A stretch of DNA of 45,904 bases from an uncultured Caulobacterales bacterium (GTDB lineage: Bacteria; Pseudomonadota; Alphaproteobacteria; Caulobacterales; Maricaulaceae): NCBI GenBank assembly GCA_964561235.1, contig CAZLOV010000003.1, positions 1 through 45,904 on the forward strand, written 5' to 3'. The notes under the pieces are model-generated. The model was not told the DNA's origin and ran no database searches. It saw only the letters and a list, made by a program, of their open reading frames with translations. Below are positions 25,262 to 35,082 of this stretch, piece after piece. Both the position numbers and the translations under genes were made by a program. How positions within the stretch are numbered: the stretch's first letter is position 1; every line of letters begins with the position of its first letter.

Positions 25262-26485
25262 ATGACCGCTGATGTGCTCGCGTCCGGCGCGCTGGAGGGT
25301 GCGGCCGGGCAGGACGCCTGTCCCGCCTGCGGCGGCGATCGGGTGCGCATTTTCTACGAGGTGCGCGAGGTTCCCACCAATTCGTGCCTCCTGTTCGACA
25401 CGCGCGAAGCGGCGGCGGCGTGTCCGACCGGCGATGTCCGCCTGGGGGCGTGTGCGTCGTGCGGCTTCATCTACAACACCGCGTTCGATCTCTCGAAAAC
25501 CGAATACTCCGGCCGCTACGAGGAGACCCAGGGCTTTTCGCCCACATTCTCCCGGTTTCACCGCGAACTCGCCGCGCGCCTGATCGAGCGTCACGACCTG
25601 GCGGGCAAGCGCGTGCTGGAGATCGGCTGCGGCAAGGGCGAGTTCCTGCTTCTGCTTTCCCAGATGGCCGGAGTGACGGGGCTCGGCGTTGATCCGAGCG
25701 CGCGTCAGGACCGCATCGAGGGCGTGGAGGGGGCCGCGCGCGTCACGCTTGTGCCGGAATACTACACCGAGGCCCATGGCGCGGCGGACGCCGACATGGT
25801 CGTCTGCAAGATGACGCTGGAGCATGTTCCGGCCGTGGAGGCCTTCCTGCGCGTGATCCGGCGCAGCCTCGAAGGCCGCGAGGATACGCGGGTCTTCTTC
25901 CAGATACCCGAGGCGCTGCGCATCCTTCGCACGTGCGCCTTCGAGGACATCTACTACGAACACTGCTCGTATTTCACGCCGGGATCGCTCGCGCGCGCTT
26001 TCCGCCGCGCAGGGTTCGACGTGACCGATCTCGCCACCGAATACGATGAACAGTATCTGACCATCGAGGCGGTTCCGGCCGCAGACGCATCGCTCCTGCC
26101 GCTTCCCGCCGAGGATGACCAGGCGGAGATCGCCAATCTCGTCGAGAGCTTTCCCGACCGCGTCGCAGCCGCGCACGCGCGCTGGCGCGGCAGCGTGAAC
26201 GAAGCCGCCGCGCAGGGCCGGACGGTGGTCCTCTGGGGTTCGGGCTCCAAGGCGGTGTCGTTCCTGACGACCTTGAACGTCGGCGAGCGCGTGCGCGCCG
26301 CCGTCGACATCAACCCGCACCGGCAAGGCAGCTTCATGCCCGTCACCGGCCATGAAATCGTGTCGCCGGAAGCGCTCGTCGATCTCCGGCCGGATCTCGT
26401 CATCGTCATGAACCCGATTTACGTGCCGGAGATCAAAGCCGATCTCGACAAGCTCGGCCTGTCGCCGGAGGTGTTGAGCCTGTGA
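25262..26485 (+). CDS. Second SAM-dependent methyltransferase with the same Zn-ribbon / Rossmann / C-terminal-domain architecture (divergent paralogue)
   Basis: CPACGG ... CASCGF ribbon, SAM motif VLEIGCGKGEFL, C-terminal VVLWGSGSKAVSFLTTL ... AVDINPHRQGSFMPVTG. The ATG at 25262 is used; the 192 upstream codons in the ORF track overlap the previous gene out of frame. Confidence 0.7.
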   Translation: MTADVLASGALEGAAGQDACPACGGDRVRIFYEVREVPTNSCLLFDTREAAAACPTGDVRLGACASCGFIYNTAFDLSKTEYSGRYEETQGFSPTFSRFHRELAARLIERHDLAGKRVLEIGCGKGEFLLLLSQMAGVTGLGVDPSARQDRIEGVEGAARVTLVPEYYTEAHGAADADMVVCKMTLEHVPAVEAFLRVIRRSLEGREDTRVFFQIPEALRILRTCAFEDIYYEHCSYFTPGSLARAFRRAGFDVTDLATEYDEQYLTIEAVPAADASLLPLPAEDDQAEIANLVESFPDRVAAAHARWRGSVNEAAAQGRTVVLWGSGSKAVSFLTTLNVGERVRAAVDINPHRQGSFMPVTGHEIVSPEALVDLRPDLVIVMNPIYVPEIKADLDKLGLSPEVLSL

Positions 26486-26648
26486 TCGGGACGCGGCCGC
26501 ACCTGGCCCCGAAGGCCTTCGCCGGCCTGACGGCGGCCGCGGCCGCATTAACCCTGTTTTCCGGCTTCAGGCCCGCCGCGCTGAAATCGCGTCGCCTCGA
26601 GGACAGTGACCGGCGGAGACGGCCCGCAACGATGCGGGAGTCCGCGGT

Positions 26649-27863
26649 GTGAGCCGGCGCGTCGTCATCATCAATGACGAGGCTGTCGCCAAGGGCGGCG
26701 CGACGGGTCTCGCCGTCAAGGCCGCGATCGGGCTTTCGCGACGGGGCCGCGACGTCAGCTTCATCGCCCGCAAGCCGCAGTCGGAGCCGCGGGATCTCCA
26801 GGACGCGGGCGTGACGCTTGACTTGATTGAGGGCGTGCGGGTCGGGACCGGCGGGGCGGGAGGCCTTGTTTCAGGCCTGTGGAACGCCGAGGCGGCGCGC
26901 CGCGTCGCGGAAACCGTCGCGCAGGAGCCGTCCGACACCGTGTTTCACGTCCACAACTGGACGCACTTTCTTTCGCCCGCGATCCTCGCCGCCCTGAAGC
27001 CCGTCTGGCCGCGCACGGTCCTTCACGCGCATGACATGTTCCTGTTCTGCCCGAACGGGGCGTACTTCAACTACAGAACCGATCGCGACTGCACGCTCAC
27101 CGGCGGCGGCGCAGCCTGCGCGGCGGTCAATTGCGACAAGCGCAACCGCGCCCACAAGCTCTGGCGCGTGGCCCGGCACTGGACCAGACAGGCGGCGCTC
27201 GACCTTGCCCGTTTTGGCGGGCGCATCGCGCTCATCCACCCGGGCCAGCGGCCGTATTTCGAGGCGCACGGCGTTCCGGGCGAGGTGCTCGTCGATCTGC
27301 GCAATCCCGTGGCGGCCTGCGAAGCGCCGCGCGTGGAAGCCGAGCGCAACGCCATGGTGCTGTTCCTCGGGCGCATGACCAGCGCGAAGGGCCCCGACCG
27401 GCTGCTCGAGGCGGCGCGGCGCGCGGGCGCGCCCGCCGAACTCGCCGGCGACGGCGAACTCAGAACGGCGCTTGAGGCCGCCTATCCCGAGGCGGCCTTC
27501 CATGGGCACGTGTCCGCCGAGGCCGTGCAGGCGCTGCTTCGCCGCGCGCGTGTCGTGGCGATGCCGAGCCGCGCGCCCGAGCCTTTCGGGCTCGTCGCGT
27601 GTGAAGCGCTCGCCGCGGGCGTGCCGGTGATCGCCAGCAGCAATGCGCTCGTTGCGGGGGAGATCGAAGCGGGCGGCGCCGGACTTGCGCTCGACATGGA
27701 CGACATCGACGGTTTCGCCGCTGAACTCCGTGCGCTGACCGGCGACGACCAGCGCGTCAGGGCGATGAGCGAGGCGGCTCGCGCGACCGCGTTTTCGATC
27801 GCCTCTCGTGAAGAGGCCTGGCTCGACGGACTGGAGGCGCTCTACGCGGAGCGGCTCCGTTAA
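26649..27863 (+). CDS. Family 4 (GT-B) glycosyltransferase
   Basis: N-terminal VVIINDEAVAKGGATG and C-terminal EPFGLVACEALAAGVPVIAS (EX7E region). Confidence 0.8.
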   Translation: MSRRVVIINDEAVAKGGATGLAVKAAIGLSRRGRDVSFIARKPQSEPRDLQDAGVTLDLIEGVRVGTGGAGGLVSGLWNAEAARRVAETVAQEPSDTVFHVHNWTHFLSPAILAALKPVWPRTVLHAHDMFLFCPNGAYFNYRTDRDCTLTGGGAACAAVNCDKRNRAHKLWRVARHWTRQAALDLARFGGRIALIHPGQRPYFEAHGVPGEVLVDLRNPVAACEAPRVEAERNAMVLFLGRMTSAKGPDRLLEAARRAGAPAELAGDGELRTALEAAYPEAAFHGHVSAEAVQALLRRARVVAMPSRAPEPFGLVACEALAAGVPVIASSNALVAGEIEAGGAGLALDMDDIDGFAAELRALTGDDQRVRAMSEAARATAFSIASREEAWLDGLEALYAERLR

Positions 27864-27877
27864 GGGGGAAGACGACG

Positions 27878-29047
27878 GTGCGCGTGCGCCTGCTCAACGT
27901 CGCCTACAGCGCCAATCTCGGGGACGGCCTCCTGGCTGAATGCCTCTCCGCACGCCTGCGCGCCGCGCGGCCGGAGCTTGAGATCGAATGGGTCGACCTG
28001 AGCGGCCGCACGCGGTTCGGCACGGTCGGCGGCGGCGGACGCGGCCTGCTCCTGAAGATGCTCACGGCGTCCCCCGGGCCGGTCCGGCGCGCGGGCGTCC
28101 TGATGGCGCACGCCTATCTCCGCCGGAAGACGCTTGCGCCCCATTTCGGGACAGCGCTGGCCGGCGCGGAAGCCCTGATCATCGGGCCGGGCGCCCTGAT
28201 CGCGGATCAGGATCTCAACTTCCCCGTCAAAATCGCCGCCGCCCTGGCCTCGCCCGCGGCGGCGGACGCGCCGGTGCACGTCTATGGCGTCGGCGTCGGC
28301 GGCGCCTTTTCGCCGCGCGGCGAGGCCCTGTTCCGCCATGCCTTCTCCGCCCGCCGCGTGGCGAGCGTGGCGGTGCGCGACAGCGTCTCCGCCGAACGCT
28401 GGAACAAGGGCCTTGGTGGGGCCGCCGGATGCCCGGCGCAGGTCGTTTTCGATCCCGGCGTTCTGACGAGCCGGGTCTGGCCGGAGCCTGAAGCCGGGCG
28501 CGGACCGCTGCGCATCGGCGTGATGAGCCCGTCGGAGATCGCCTATCACGCCGGGGGCAGCGCGACTGCGCCCGGAGCCGCGCTGGAATGGTACGGCGTC
28601 CTTGTCGAAAGACTGCGTGCGGCCGGGTGCGAAGTCGAACTGTTCAATAACGGAGGACCGCCCGATCGGGCCTTCATGAGGCGGCTGTCGGATTTCATCG
28701 CCGATCGGGGCGCTGAGCGTCCCGCATGCATACAGCCGGAGACCCCGGAAGACCTGGCCCGCGTCGTGGCGGGCTCGCGCGGCGTGATCGCACACCGCCT
28801 GCACGCGGTGGTCCCCGCCTTCTCCTACGGCGTTCCGGCCGTCTCGCTGGGCTGGGACGGCAAGGTGGCCGCCTTCGCCGAAGCGGTGGGACGCAGCCGG
28901 TGGCATGCCGCCGGATTCTCAGCGCCGCCGGAGAACATGGCGCGACTCCTGCTGGAGGCCGTGGAGGCCAAGGCCTGCGGAGATGATCGGAGTGGAGTGC
29001 TGGACGCCGCGGACGCGCAGATCGCTGCGCTCGCGGCGCGGCTCTGA
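27878..29047 (+). CDS. Polysaccharide pyruvyl transferase family protein
   Basis: N-terminal NLGDGLLAECL and C-terminal GVIAHRLHAVVPAFSYGVPAVSLGWDGKV, the pattern of the PS_pyruv_trans family. GTG start after GGGGGAAGA. Confidence 0.7.
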   Translation: MRVRLLNVAYSANLGDGLLAECLSARLRAARPELEIEWVDLSGRTRFGTVGGGGRGLLLKMLTASPGPVRRAGVLMAHAYLRRKTLAPHFGTALAGAEALIIGPGALIADQDLNFPVKIAAALASPAAADAPVHVYGVGVGGAFSPRGEALFRHAFSARRVASVAVRDSVSAERWNKGLGGAAGCPAQVVFDPGVLTSRVWPEPEAGRGPLRIGVMSPSEIAYHAGGSATAPGAALEWYGVLVERLRAAGCEVELFNNGGPPDRAFMRRLSDFIADRGAERPACIQPETPEDLARVVAGSRGVIAHRLHAVVPAFSYGVPAVSLGWDGKVAAFAEAVGRSRWHAAGFSAPPENMARLLLEAVEAKACGDDRSGVLDAADAQIAALAARL

Positions 29048-29077
29048 TCCCGCAGTTTCAGGGAGGAGCCGCACATC

Positions 29078-30067
29078 ATGAAAGTCCTCGTCGTCGGTGG
29101 AGCCGGCTATATCGGCGCTCATGTCTGCAAGGCCCTCGCGGCGCGCGGCGATGAGCCGATCGTTTTTGACAGCCTCGTCTCGGGACATCGCCACGCCGTG
29201 CGCTGGGGGCCGCTGTTCAAGGGCGACATCCGCGACAGCGCAGCCCTGGACGCCTGTTTCGACGCGCACAAGCCGGACGCCGTCATGCATTTCGCCGCCT
29301 GCATCGAGGTGGCCGAGGGGCAACGCGAGCCCTTGCGCTTCTGGGAGAACAATGTCGGCGGGGTCGTCACGCTGCTCAAGTCGATGGCGCGCGCGGGCGT
29401 CAAGCCGCTTGTTTTCTCCTCGACCTGTGCGACCTACGGCGAGCCGGAGAGCCTTCCGATCACCGAGGCGGAGCCGCAAACGCCGGTCAACGTCTATGGC
29501 CGGACCAAGCTCGCCGTCGAACGTCTGCTGGCCGACGTGGCCTCAGTGGACGGGGTCCGGTTCGCCGCGCTGCGATACTTCAATGCGGCCGGCGCGAGCC
29601 CGGATGGCGAGATCGGGGAGGAGCACGACCCGGAAACGCACCTGATCCCGAACGCGCTGAAGGCGGCCGCCGGCATCGGCCCGGCGATGAAGCTCTTCGG
29701 CGACGATTATGACACGCCCGACGGCACATGCGTGCGCGACTACATCCATGTGATGGACCTCGCCGACGCCCATCTCGCGGCGCTCGACCGGTTGGCGGGC
29801 GGAGCGGCCTCCTTCGCCTGCAATCTCGGCACGGGAGACGGCTTTTCGGTGCGCCAGATTCTTGACGCCGTCCACGCCGTCACCGGCCGCCCCGTGCCGC
29901 ACGACATCGCTCCGCGCCGGCCGGGCGATGCGGCCCGCCTCGTCGCGGATATACGCCGCGCGCGAGAATTGCTGGACTTCCAGCCCCGCTTGTCCGATCC
30001 CGAAACAATTATTCGGCATGCGTGGGCGTTTCATGCCTCGAAATGGAACATCGCAGCCTGCGGCTGA
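29078..30067 (+). CDS. galE: UDP-glucose 4-epimerase
   Basis: MKVLVVGGAGYIGAHV, FSSTCATYGEP, YGRTKLAVE, LRYFNAAGA, VRDYIHVMDLADAH. RBS GGGAGGAG. Confidence 0.9.
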   Translation: MKVLVVGGAGYIGAHVCKALAARGDEPIVFDSLVSGHRHAVRWGPLFKGDIRDSAALDACFDAHKPDAVMHFAACIEVAEGQREPLRFWENNVGGVVTLLKSMARAGVKPLVFSSTCATYGEPESLPITEAEPQTPVNVYGRTKLAVERLLADVASVDGVRFAALRYFNAAGASPDGEIGEEHDPETHLIPNALKAAAGIGPAMKLFGDDYDTPDGTCVRDYIHVMDLADAHLAALDRLAGGAASFACNLGTGDGFSVRQILDAVHAVTGRPVPHDIAPRRPGDAARLVADIRRARELLDFQPRLSDPETIIRHAWAFHASKWNIAACG

Positions 30068-30197
30068 GACTGACGGAGCCGCTGAGCCCGTTGCCGGCGG
30101 ACGGCTGACCGCGGCCGGCTTGGCAGGCGGCGTGCAAGACCGCGAGGTGCGTCCGTTTCCGGGGCGCGCGGAAGCGCCGAAGGCGCGCGGGCACGCC

Positions 30198-31367
30198 GTG
30201 AAAGTCGCGATCATTCATTACTGGCTTGTGGGCATGCGCGGGGGCGAGAAGGTTCTCGAGGCGCTCTGCCGCATGTTCCCGGATGCGGACATCTACACCC
30301 ATGTCCATGACCCCGCCGCCACCAGCGACGCGATCCGCGCCCACAGGATCCGCGAAACCGGCATAGGCCGGCTGCCCTTCGCGCGCCGTCTTTACCAGTC
30401 CTACCTGCCGTTGATGCCCGCTGCGCTCGAGGCGCTGGACCTGTCGGGCTATGATCTCGTGATCTCCAGCGAGGCCGGACCGGCCAAGGGCGTCATCCCG
30501 CCGCCGGATGCGCCGCATGTGTGCTACTGCCACTCGCCGATGCGCTATCTCTGGGACCAGTACCATGTGTACCGGCGGGGCGCCGGCCTGGCGGCGCGCA
30601 CGGCCATGCCGATCTTCGCGCCCGGCCTTCGGCGCTGGGACGTGACCAGCGCGGCGCGGGTGGACGCTTTCGCCGCCAATTCGAGCCATGTCGCCGCGCG
30701 CATCCGCAAATACTGGCGGCGCGAGGCTGAAATCGTCCATCCGCCGGTGGAGGTGGACGCCTTCACGCCGGCGCCGGCGGATGAGCTGGGTGATTTCTAT
30801 CTCTGGCTCGGCGAGCTGGCGCCCTACAAGCGCCCCGATCTCGCCGTCGACGCATTCACCCGGATGAAAAAGCCCCTCGTCGTCATTGGCGGGCCTGACA
30901 AGGCTGTGCGGGCGCTCCAGCGCCGGGCGGGCGAAACCGTCCGCTTTCTCGGCAAGACGGATTTCGAAACGCTCCGGAATCACCTCGCACGCTGCAAGGC
31001 GCTGATCTTTCCGGGCGAGGAGGATTTCGGGATCGTGCCGGTGGAGGCCGCCGCATCCGGCCGGCCCGTGATCGCCTACGGCCGCGGAGGCGCGCTCGAG
31101 ACCGTAATCGACGGACACACCGGCCTGCATTTCCAGGATCAGTCGGTCGAGGGCCTGATCGCAGCGGTGGAGCGTTTCGAGGCGGAAAAGCTCGACCGGC
31201 TGGATCCGTCCAGCCTGCTCGCCCATGCGCGCCGCTTCGACGAGACGCATTTCCGCGCAGGCATGGCGCGCGTACTCGCCAGTCAGGGAATAGGCGTGGA
31301 GCTGCCGGAAGAGCATCGCGGTCCTCACGGACTGGAGCGCCGGAGCCTTTCAGGAGCGGTGTTCTGA
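30198..31367 (+). CDS. Family 4 (GT-B) glycosyltransferase
   Basis: GTG start giving VKVAIIHYWLVGMRGGEKVLEAL, and C-terminal GEEDFGIVPVEAAASGRPVIAYGRGGALETV. The upstream 112 codons in the ORF track overlap galE. Confidence 0.8.
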   Translation: MKVAIIHYWLVGMRGGEKVLEALCRMFPDADIYTHVHDPAATSDAIRAHRIRETGIGRLPFARRLYQSYLPLMPAALEALDLSGYDLVISSEAGPAKGVIPPPDAPHVCYCHSPMRYLWDQYHVYRRGAGLAARTAMPIFAPGLRRWDVTSAARVDAFAANSSHVAARIRKYWRREAEIVHPPVEVDAFTPAPADELGDFYLWLGELAPYKRPDLAVDAFTRMKKPLVVIGGPDKAVRALQRRAGETVRFLGKTDFETLRNHLARCKALIFPGEEDFGIVPVEAAASGRPVIAYGRGGALETVIDGHTGLHFQDQSVEGLIAAVERFEAEKLDRLDPSSLLAHARRFDETHFRAGMARVLASQGIGVELPEEHRGPHGLERRSLSGAVF

Positions 31368-32470
31368 TGTCGCGGCATATCTATCTGAACGGAAAGTTCG
31401 CCGGCCGGAACCTGACAGCCGTCGACCTCGTCGCATCGGAATACTTCAAGGCCTTCCGTCGACTGATCGCTGATCCTGCTTCGTCCTGGAGCCTTGATGA
31501 TTTCACCGTCCTGCTGCGGAGCCGGGAGGCCGCCTCCGATCCGTGCGTGCAGGGCTTCAACCTCCAGATCATTCCGTCTCGGAACGGGCTGCTGTGGGAG
31601 CACATCCTGGCTCCGCGCGCGGCGCAAGACGGCATCCTTCTCAATCTGTGCAATCTCGGTCCGGTTCTGCACTCCAACGCCGTCACGCTCATTCACGACG
31701 CTCAGGTCTTCGATACGCCCGCAAGCGCCAGCGCGGCGTTCAACGCCTATTACAGGTCCGTCTATCTCGGCATCGGCCGACGCCATCTCCGCATCGCCAC
31801 GGTCTCGGAGTATTCGAAGGGCCGCCTGATCGCCAACGGCGTCGCACCGGCCGAGCGCATCGTCGTCATCCCCAACGGCGTCGATCACGCCCTTGAAACC
31901 CCGCGCGACGACCGCGTCCTTGGCAAGTTCGGCCTTGAAGCGCAGCGATATGTCGTCGCGCTCGCAAACCCGAAGCATCACAAGAACACGCAAGTGCTCA
32001 TCCGCGCTTTCGGCGGCTGGCCGGACCCGGGCGTGCGGCTCGTGCTCTTCGGCAACGGCTCGCCTGAGGCGTTCGGGGTCGAGCCGGGCGAGCCGGTGGT
32101 GTTTACGGGCCGGATTTCCGATGGCGAACGGCGAAGCCTTTATGAGAATGCGCTGTGTCTGGCTGCGCCGGCGCGCCATGAAGGCTTCGGTTTGACGCCC
32201 GGCGAAGCCATGGCCCTTGGCTGTCCCGTCGTGTTGGCTCGCGAGGGCGCTCTGCCGGAGGTGGGCGCGGAGGCGGCCATCTACGCGCCGGCGGACGATC
32301 CTGCCGCCTGGCGAGATGCGTTCCAGCGGCTGCGTGATCAGCCGGAGGAACGATTGCGCCGTTCGCGCGCCAGCCTGGAGCGCGCCCGCGATCTCAGTTG
32401 GGACAGCGCAGCGCGGCGCATGCTTGAAACGCTCGAGGACGTGTCCCGGGATCAGGCCGATGCTGCGTGA
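31367..32470 (+). CDS. Family 4/1 (GT-B) glycosyltransferase
   Basis: HEGFGLTPGEAMALGCPVVLAREGALPEV. The start overlaps the previous stop (TGATG). Confidence 0.8.
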   Translation: MSRHIYLNGKFAGRNLTAVDLVASEYFKAFRRLIADPASSWSLDDFTVLLRSREAASDPCVQGFNLQIIPSRNGLLWEHILAPRAAQDGILLNLCNLGPVLHSNAVTLIHDAQVFDTPASASAAFNAYYRSVYLGIGRRHLRIATVSEYSKGRLIANGVAPAERIVVIPNGVDHALETPRDDRVLGKFGLEAQRYVVALANPKHHKNTQVLIRAFGGWPDPGVRLVLFGNGSPEAFGVEPGEPVVFTGRISDGERRSLYENALCLAAPARHEGFGLTPGEAMALGCPVVLAREGALPEVGAEAAIYAPADDPAAWRDAFQRLRDQPEERLRRSRASLERARDLSWDSAARRMLETLEDVSRDQADAA

Positions 32471-32659
32471 GCCTGGAGGAAGCGCGTCTCTGTCCGCCCG
32501 CCGCGCCGGGCCGGCGCTCGTCGGCCGGCTGGATCGTTTCGGTACAAAGCATCGCGGTCAGGCGGCCCGAGGCTTGCGCTGGACGGGCCAGCGCACAGAA
32601 TGCCGCCGACGGGCGGCGCTGTCGGGTTTCAGGCTGTGCGTAACAGGTCGGGAAAAGAC

Positions 32660-33559
32660 ATGACCAACGCTAATGCTCTTCTCAAGGTCACCGTGGGCAT
32701 CGCCAGCAAGGGGCGGCCGGAAGACCTCGCCGTGATGGCGCGCCGGCTCGCCGGGCAGAGCGTGGCGCCCCACCGGGTGATCTACTCGGTCACGGGTGAA
32801 GAGGACCTGCCGCCGCGCGAGACCCTGCCGGAATGGATCGAGATCCTCGTCGGTTCTCCCGGGCTGTGCGCGCAGCGCAACCGTATTCTCGACGCAGCGC
32901 TGGAAGACAGCGACGTCATCGCTTTTTTCGACGACGACTACATTCCCGAGCGCGAAGCGGTCCGCATGATTGCTGAAGCCTTCGCCGCGCATGAGGACGT
33001 CGCCGGGTTCTGCGGCGCGCTGCTTGCCGACGGCATCCTTGGACCGGGGCTCGATCTTGAAGAGGCCGAAGCGCTGGTCGACGCGCATGACGCCGGCGCT
33101 GTGACCGTCGAGCGCCGTCTTGTCCGCGACAGCGAGGGGCTTTACGGCTGCAACATGGCCTATCGCGCCAGCGCGGTCGGCGAGACGCGGTTCGACGAGA
33201 CGCTGCCGGCCTACGCCTGGCAGGAGGACACCGATTTCGCCGGCCAGATCGCGCGGTTCGGCCGCACCTGCGCAAGCACCTATTTCTACGGCGTGCACCG
33301 CGGCGTGAAACGCGCCCGCGCGCCCGGCGTGAAGCTCGGCTACGCGCAGATCGCCAATCCGGTGTATCTCATGCGCAAGGGCACCATGTCCGGCCGGTTC
33401 GCGCGCAGGCTGATGGTTCGCAACGTGATCGCCAACCACGTGAAGGTGTTGCGTCCCGAGCCCTGGGTGGATCGCGCCGGCCGGGTGAAAGGCAACTGGA
33501 TCGCATTTCGTCACTGGATGACGGGAAAGCTTCATCCGGCCCGCTTCAATCAGCTCTGA
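32660..33559 (+). CDS. GT-A (family 2-like) glycosyltransferase
   Basis: KVTVGIASKGRPEDL and IAFFDDDYIPE (DxD). The start is uncertain (32660 or 32600). Confidence 0.6.
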   Translation: MTNANALLKVTVGIASKGRPEDLAVMARRLAGQSVAPHRVIYSVTGEEDLPPRETLPEWIEILVGSPGLCAQRNRILDAALEDSDVIAFFDDDYIPEREAVRMIAEAFAAHEDVAGFCGALLADGILGPGLDLEEAEALVDAHDAGAVTVERRLVRDSEGLYGCNMAYRASAVGETRFDETLPAYAWQEDTDFAGQIARFGRTCASTYFYGVHRGVKRARAPGVKLGYAQIANPVYLMRKGTMSGRFARRLMVRNVIANHVKVLRPEPWVDRAGRVKGNWIAFRHWMTGKLHPARFNQL

Positions 33560-33587
33560 CCCTGTCGGATCAGGAGCGCTCCGGCGA

Positions 33588-35000
33588 ATGATCTACTATC
33601 CGATTTTCCTTGCGCCCGTGCTTCTTGCGCTGCTCGTCGCGCTGAGAAAGCCCGAATGGGGGTTCATGGCCGCCTGCGCGCTGTTGCCCTTCGGCGCCGG
33701 CGCCGTCTTCATCCTGAGCGCGCTTGGCAACATGACGGTGCTCGCGAGCGCGGTGGCGTTCGGGTTGCTTGCGCCGATCGTTCTCCTGCAACCGGCGCTT
33801 GAGCGGCGCGCCCTTGTCCTTCCGAAGCCGGAATGGCCAGTCGCGATCATGCTGCTGATCGCCGGCTGGAGCGTGTTCAGCGCGTTCGTCATGCCGCGCC
33901 TTTTCGAGGGCGACGTTCAGGTGATCAGTTACAACCGGGTGCTGTTCGTGGAGGGCGTGCGCGTCAGCGACCGGTTCATCACCTCGCTGTCGCCGCTGTC
34001 GCCGCAGACCAGCAATCTCTCCCAACCCGCCTACATGCTGCTTTCAACGGTCGTGTTCTTCGGCGCCGTCGCGCTCGGCCGCCGCAGCGGCGCCAGCGTG
34101 CTGGAGCGCGGACTCATTGTGACAGCCGGTGTGAACATGCTGCTCGGAGCCGCAGACGTGTTCGGGCTGGATCCGTTCCTGTCCCAGTTTCGCACCGCCA
34201 GCTACGCGATCCTCGACAACCAGACGGTGCTCGGCGTTACGCGCGTCATCGGCGGCTATCCTGAAGCTTCCGCGTTCTCGAGTTTCACAGCCGTCTGCTT
34301 TGCGTACTTCATGTCGCGGTTCATCGACGAGGGCCGTCTGTCCCACGGCGTTCTCGCCGCCGGAAACGGCGCGCTCGCGGTCGCCTCGCTCGCCTCGACC
34401 GGCCTTCTCGCGATGGCTGTCGCCTGCGGCGTGCTGGGCGTGCGCTGGCTGAGGGACTTTTTCGGGCAGGGATCCCCCGGACGCGGCGCGGCCATTGCGA
34501 TCCTCGGCGGGCTTGTCTTGTCCGCCATGTTCTTCTTCACGCCATGGGCGCAGGTTCTCATCGACATCGTCGACAGGCTGATCCTGTCCAAGCCGGACAG
34601 CGTGTCGGGGCTCGAGAGATCCTTCTGGGCGCAACGGGGCTTCGAGATCGGGCTTGAAACCTTCGGGCTCGGCGCCGGGCTTGGTTCGACGCGCTCGAAC
34701 GGCTGGATTTCCGTGTGGATGGGCAATCTCGGGGTGGTCGGGCTTGCGTTGTTCGCAACGTGGTTCGTCTCCCTTTTGCGCGCGCGCCCCGGTTCCCTTC
34801 CCGCGGGCGTCGCCCGGTACCGGTTCCGCGCGGCCTTCGCCGCCATCGCGACGGCCACGGCGGCGGGTTTCGCGAGCAGCACGACGGCGGATCCGAGCCC
34901 GTTTTTCATGATCGTCGCTGCGATCGCCGTCACCAGCCGCCCGCCGCTCGGCCGGAGCATCAAGGCGCCGGCGCAAGCCGTTCCGGCGCCGGCGGCTTGA
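33588..35000 (+). CDS. Polytopic membrane protein, putative Wzy-type polysaccharide polymerase / O-antigen-ligase-like
   Basis: 470 aa with at least 10 hydrophobic segments and a larger loop. The C-terminal GLETFGLGAGLGSTRSNGW resembles the end of Wzy_C-type proteins. RBS AGGAG. The assignment rests on topology and context only. Confidence 0.55.
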   Translation: MIYYPIFLAPVLLALLVALRKPEWGFMAACALLPFGAGAVFILSALGNMTVLASAVAFGLLAPIVLLQPALERRALVLPKPEWPVAIMLLIAGWSVFSAFVMPRLFEGDVQVISYNRVLFVEGVRVSDRFITSLSPLSPQTSNLSQPAYMLLSTVVFFGAVALGRRSGASVLERGLIVTAGVNMLLGAADVFGLDPFLSQFRTASYAILDNQTVLGVTRVIGGYPEASAFSSFTAVCFAYFMSRFIDEGRLSHGVLAAGNGALAVASLASTGLLAMAVACGVLGVRWLRDFFGQGSPGRGAAIAILGGLVLSAMFFFTPWAQVLIDIVDRLILSKPDSVSGLERSFWAQRGFEIGLETFGLGAGLGSTRSNGWISVWMGNLGVVGLALFATWFVSLLRARPGSLPAGVARYRFRAAFAAIATATAAGFASSTTADPSPFFMIVAAIAVTSRPPLGRSIKAPAQAVPAPAA

Positions 35001-35082
35001 TAAACGATGAACAAACGGTTGATGTTAACTTTAAATACATGCAAAACTTCGTAAATCGAGTTCTCGGGGTGAAACGGCGCTC

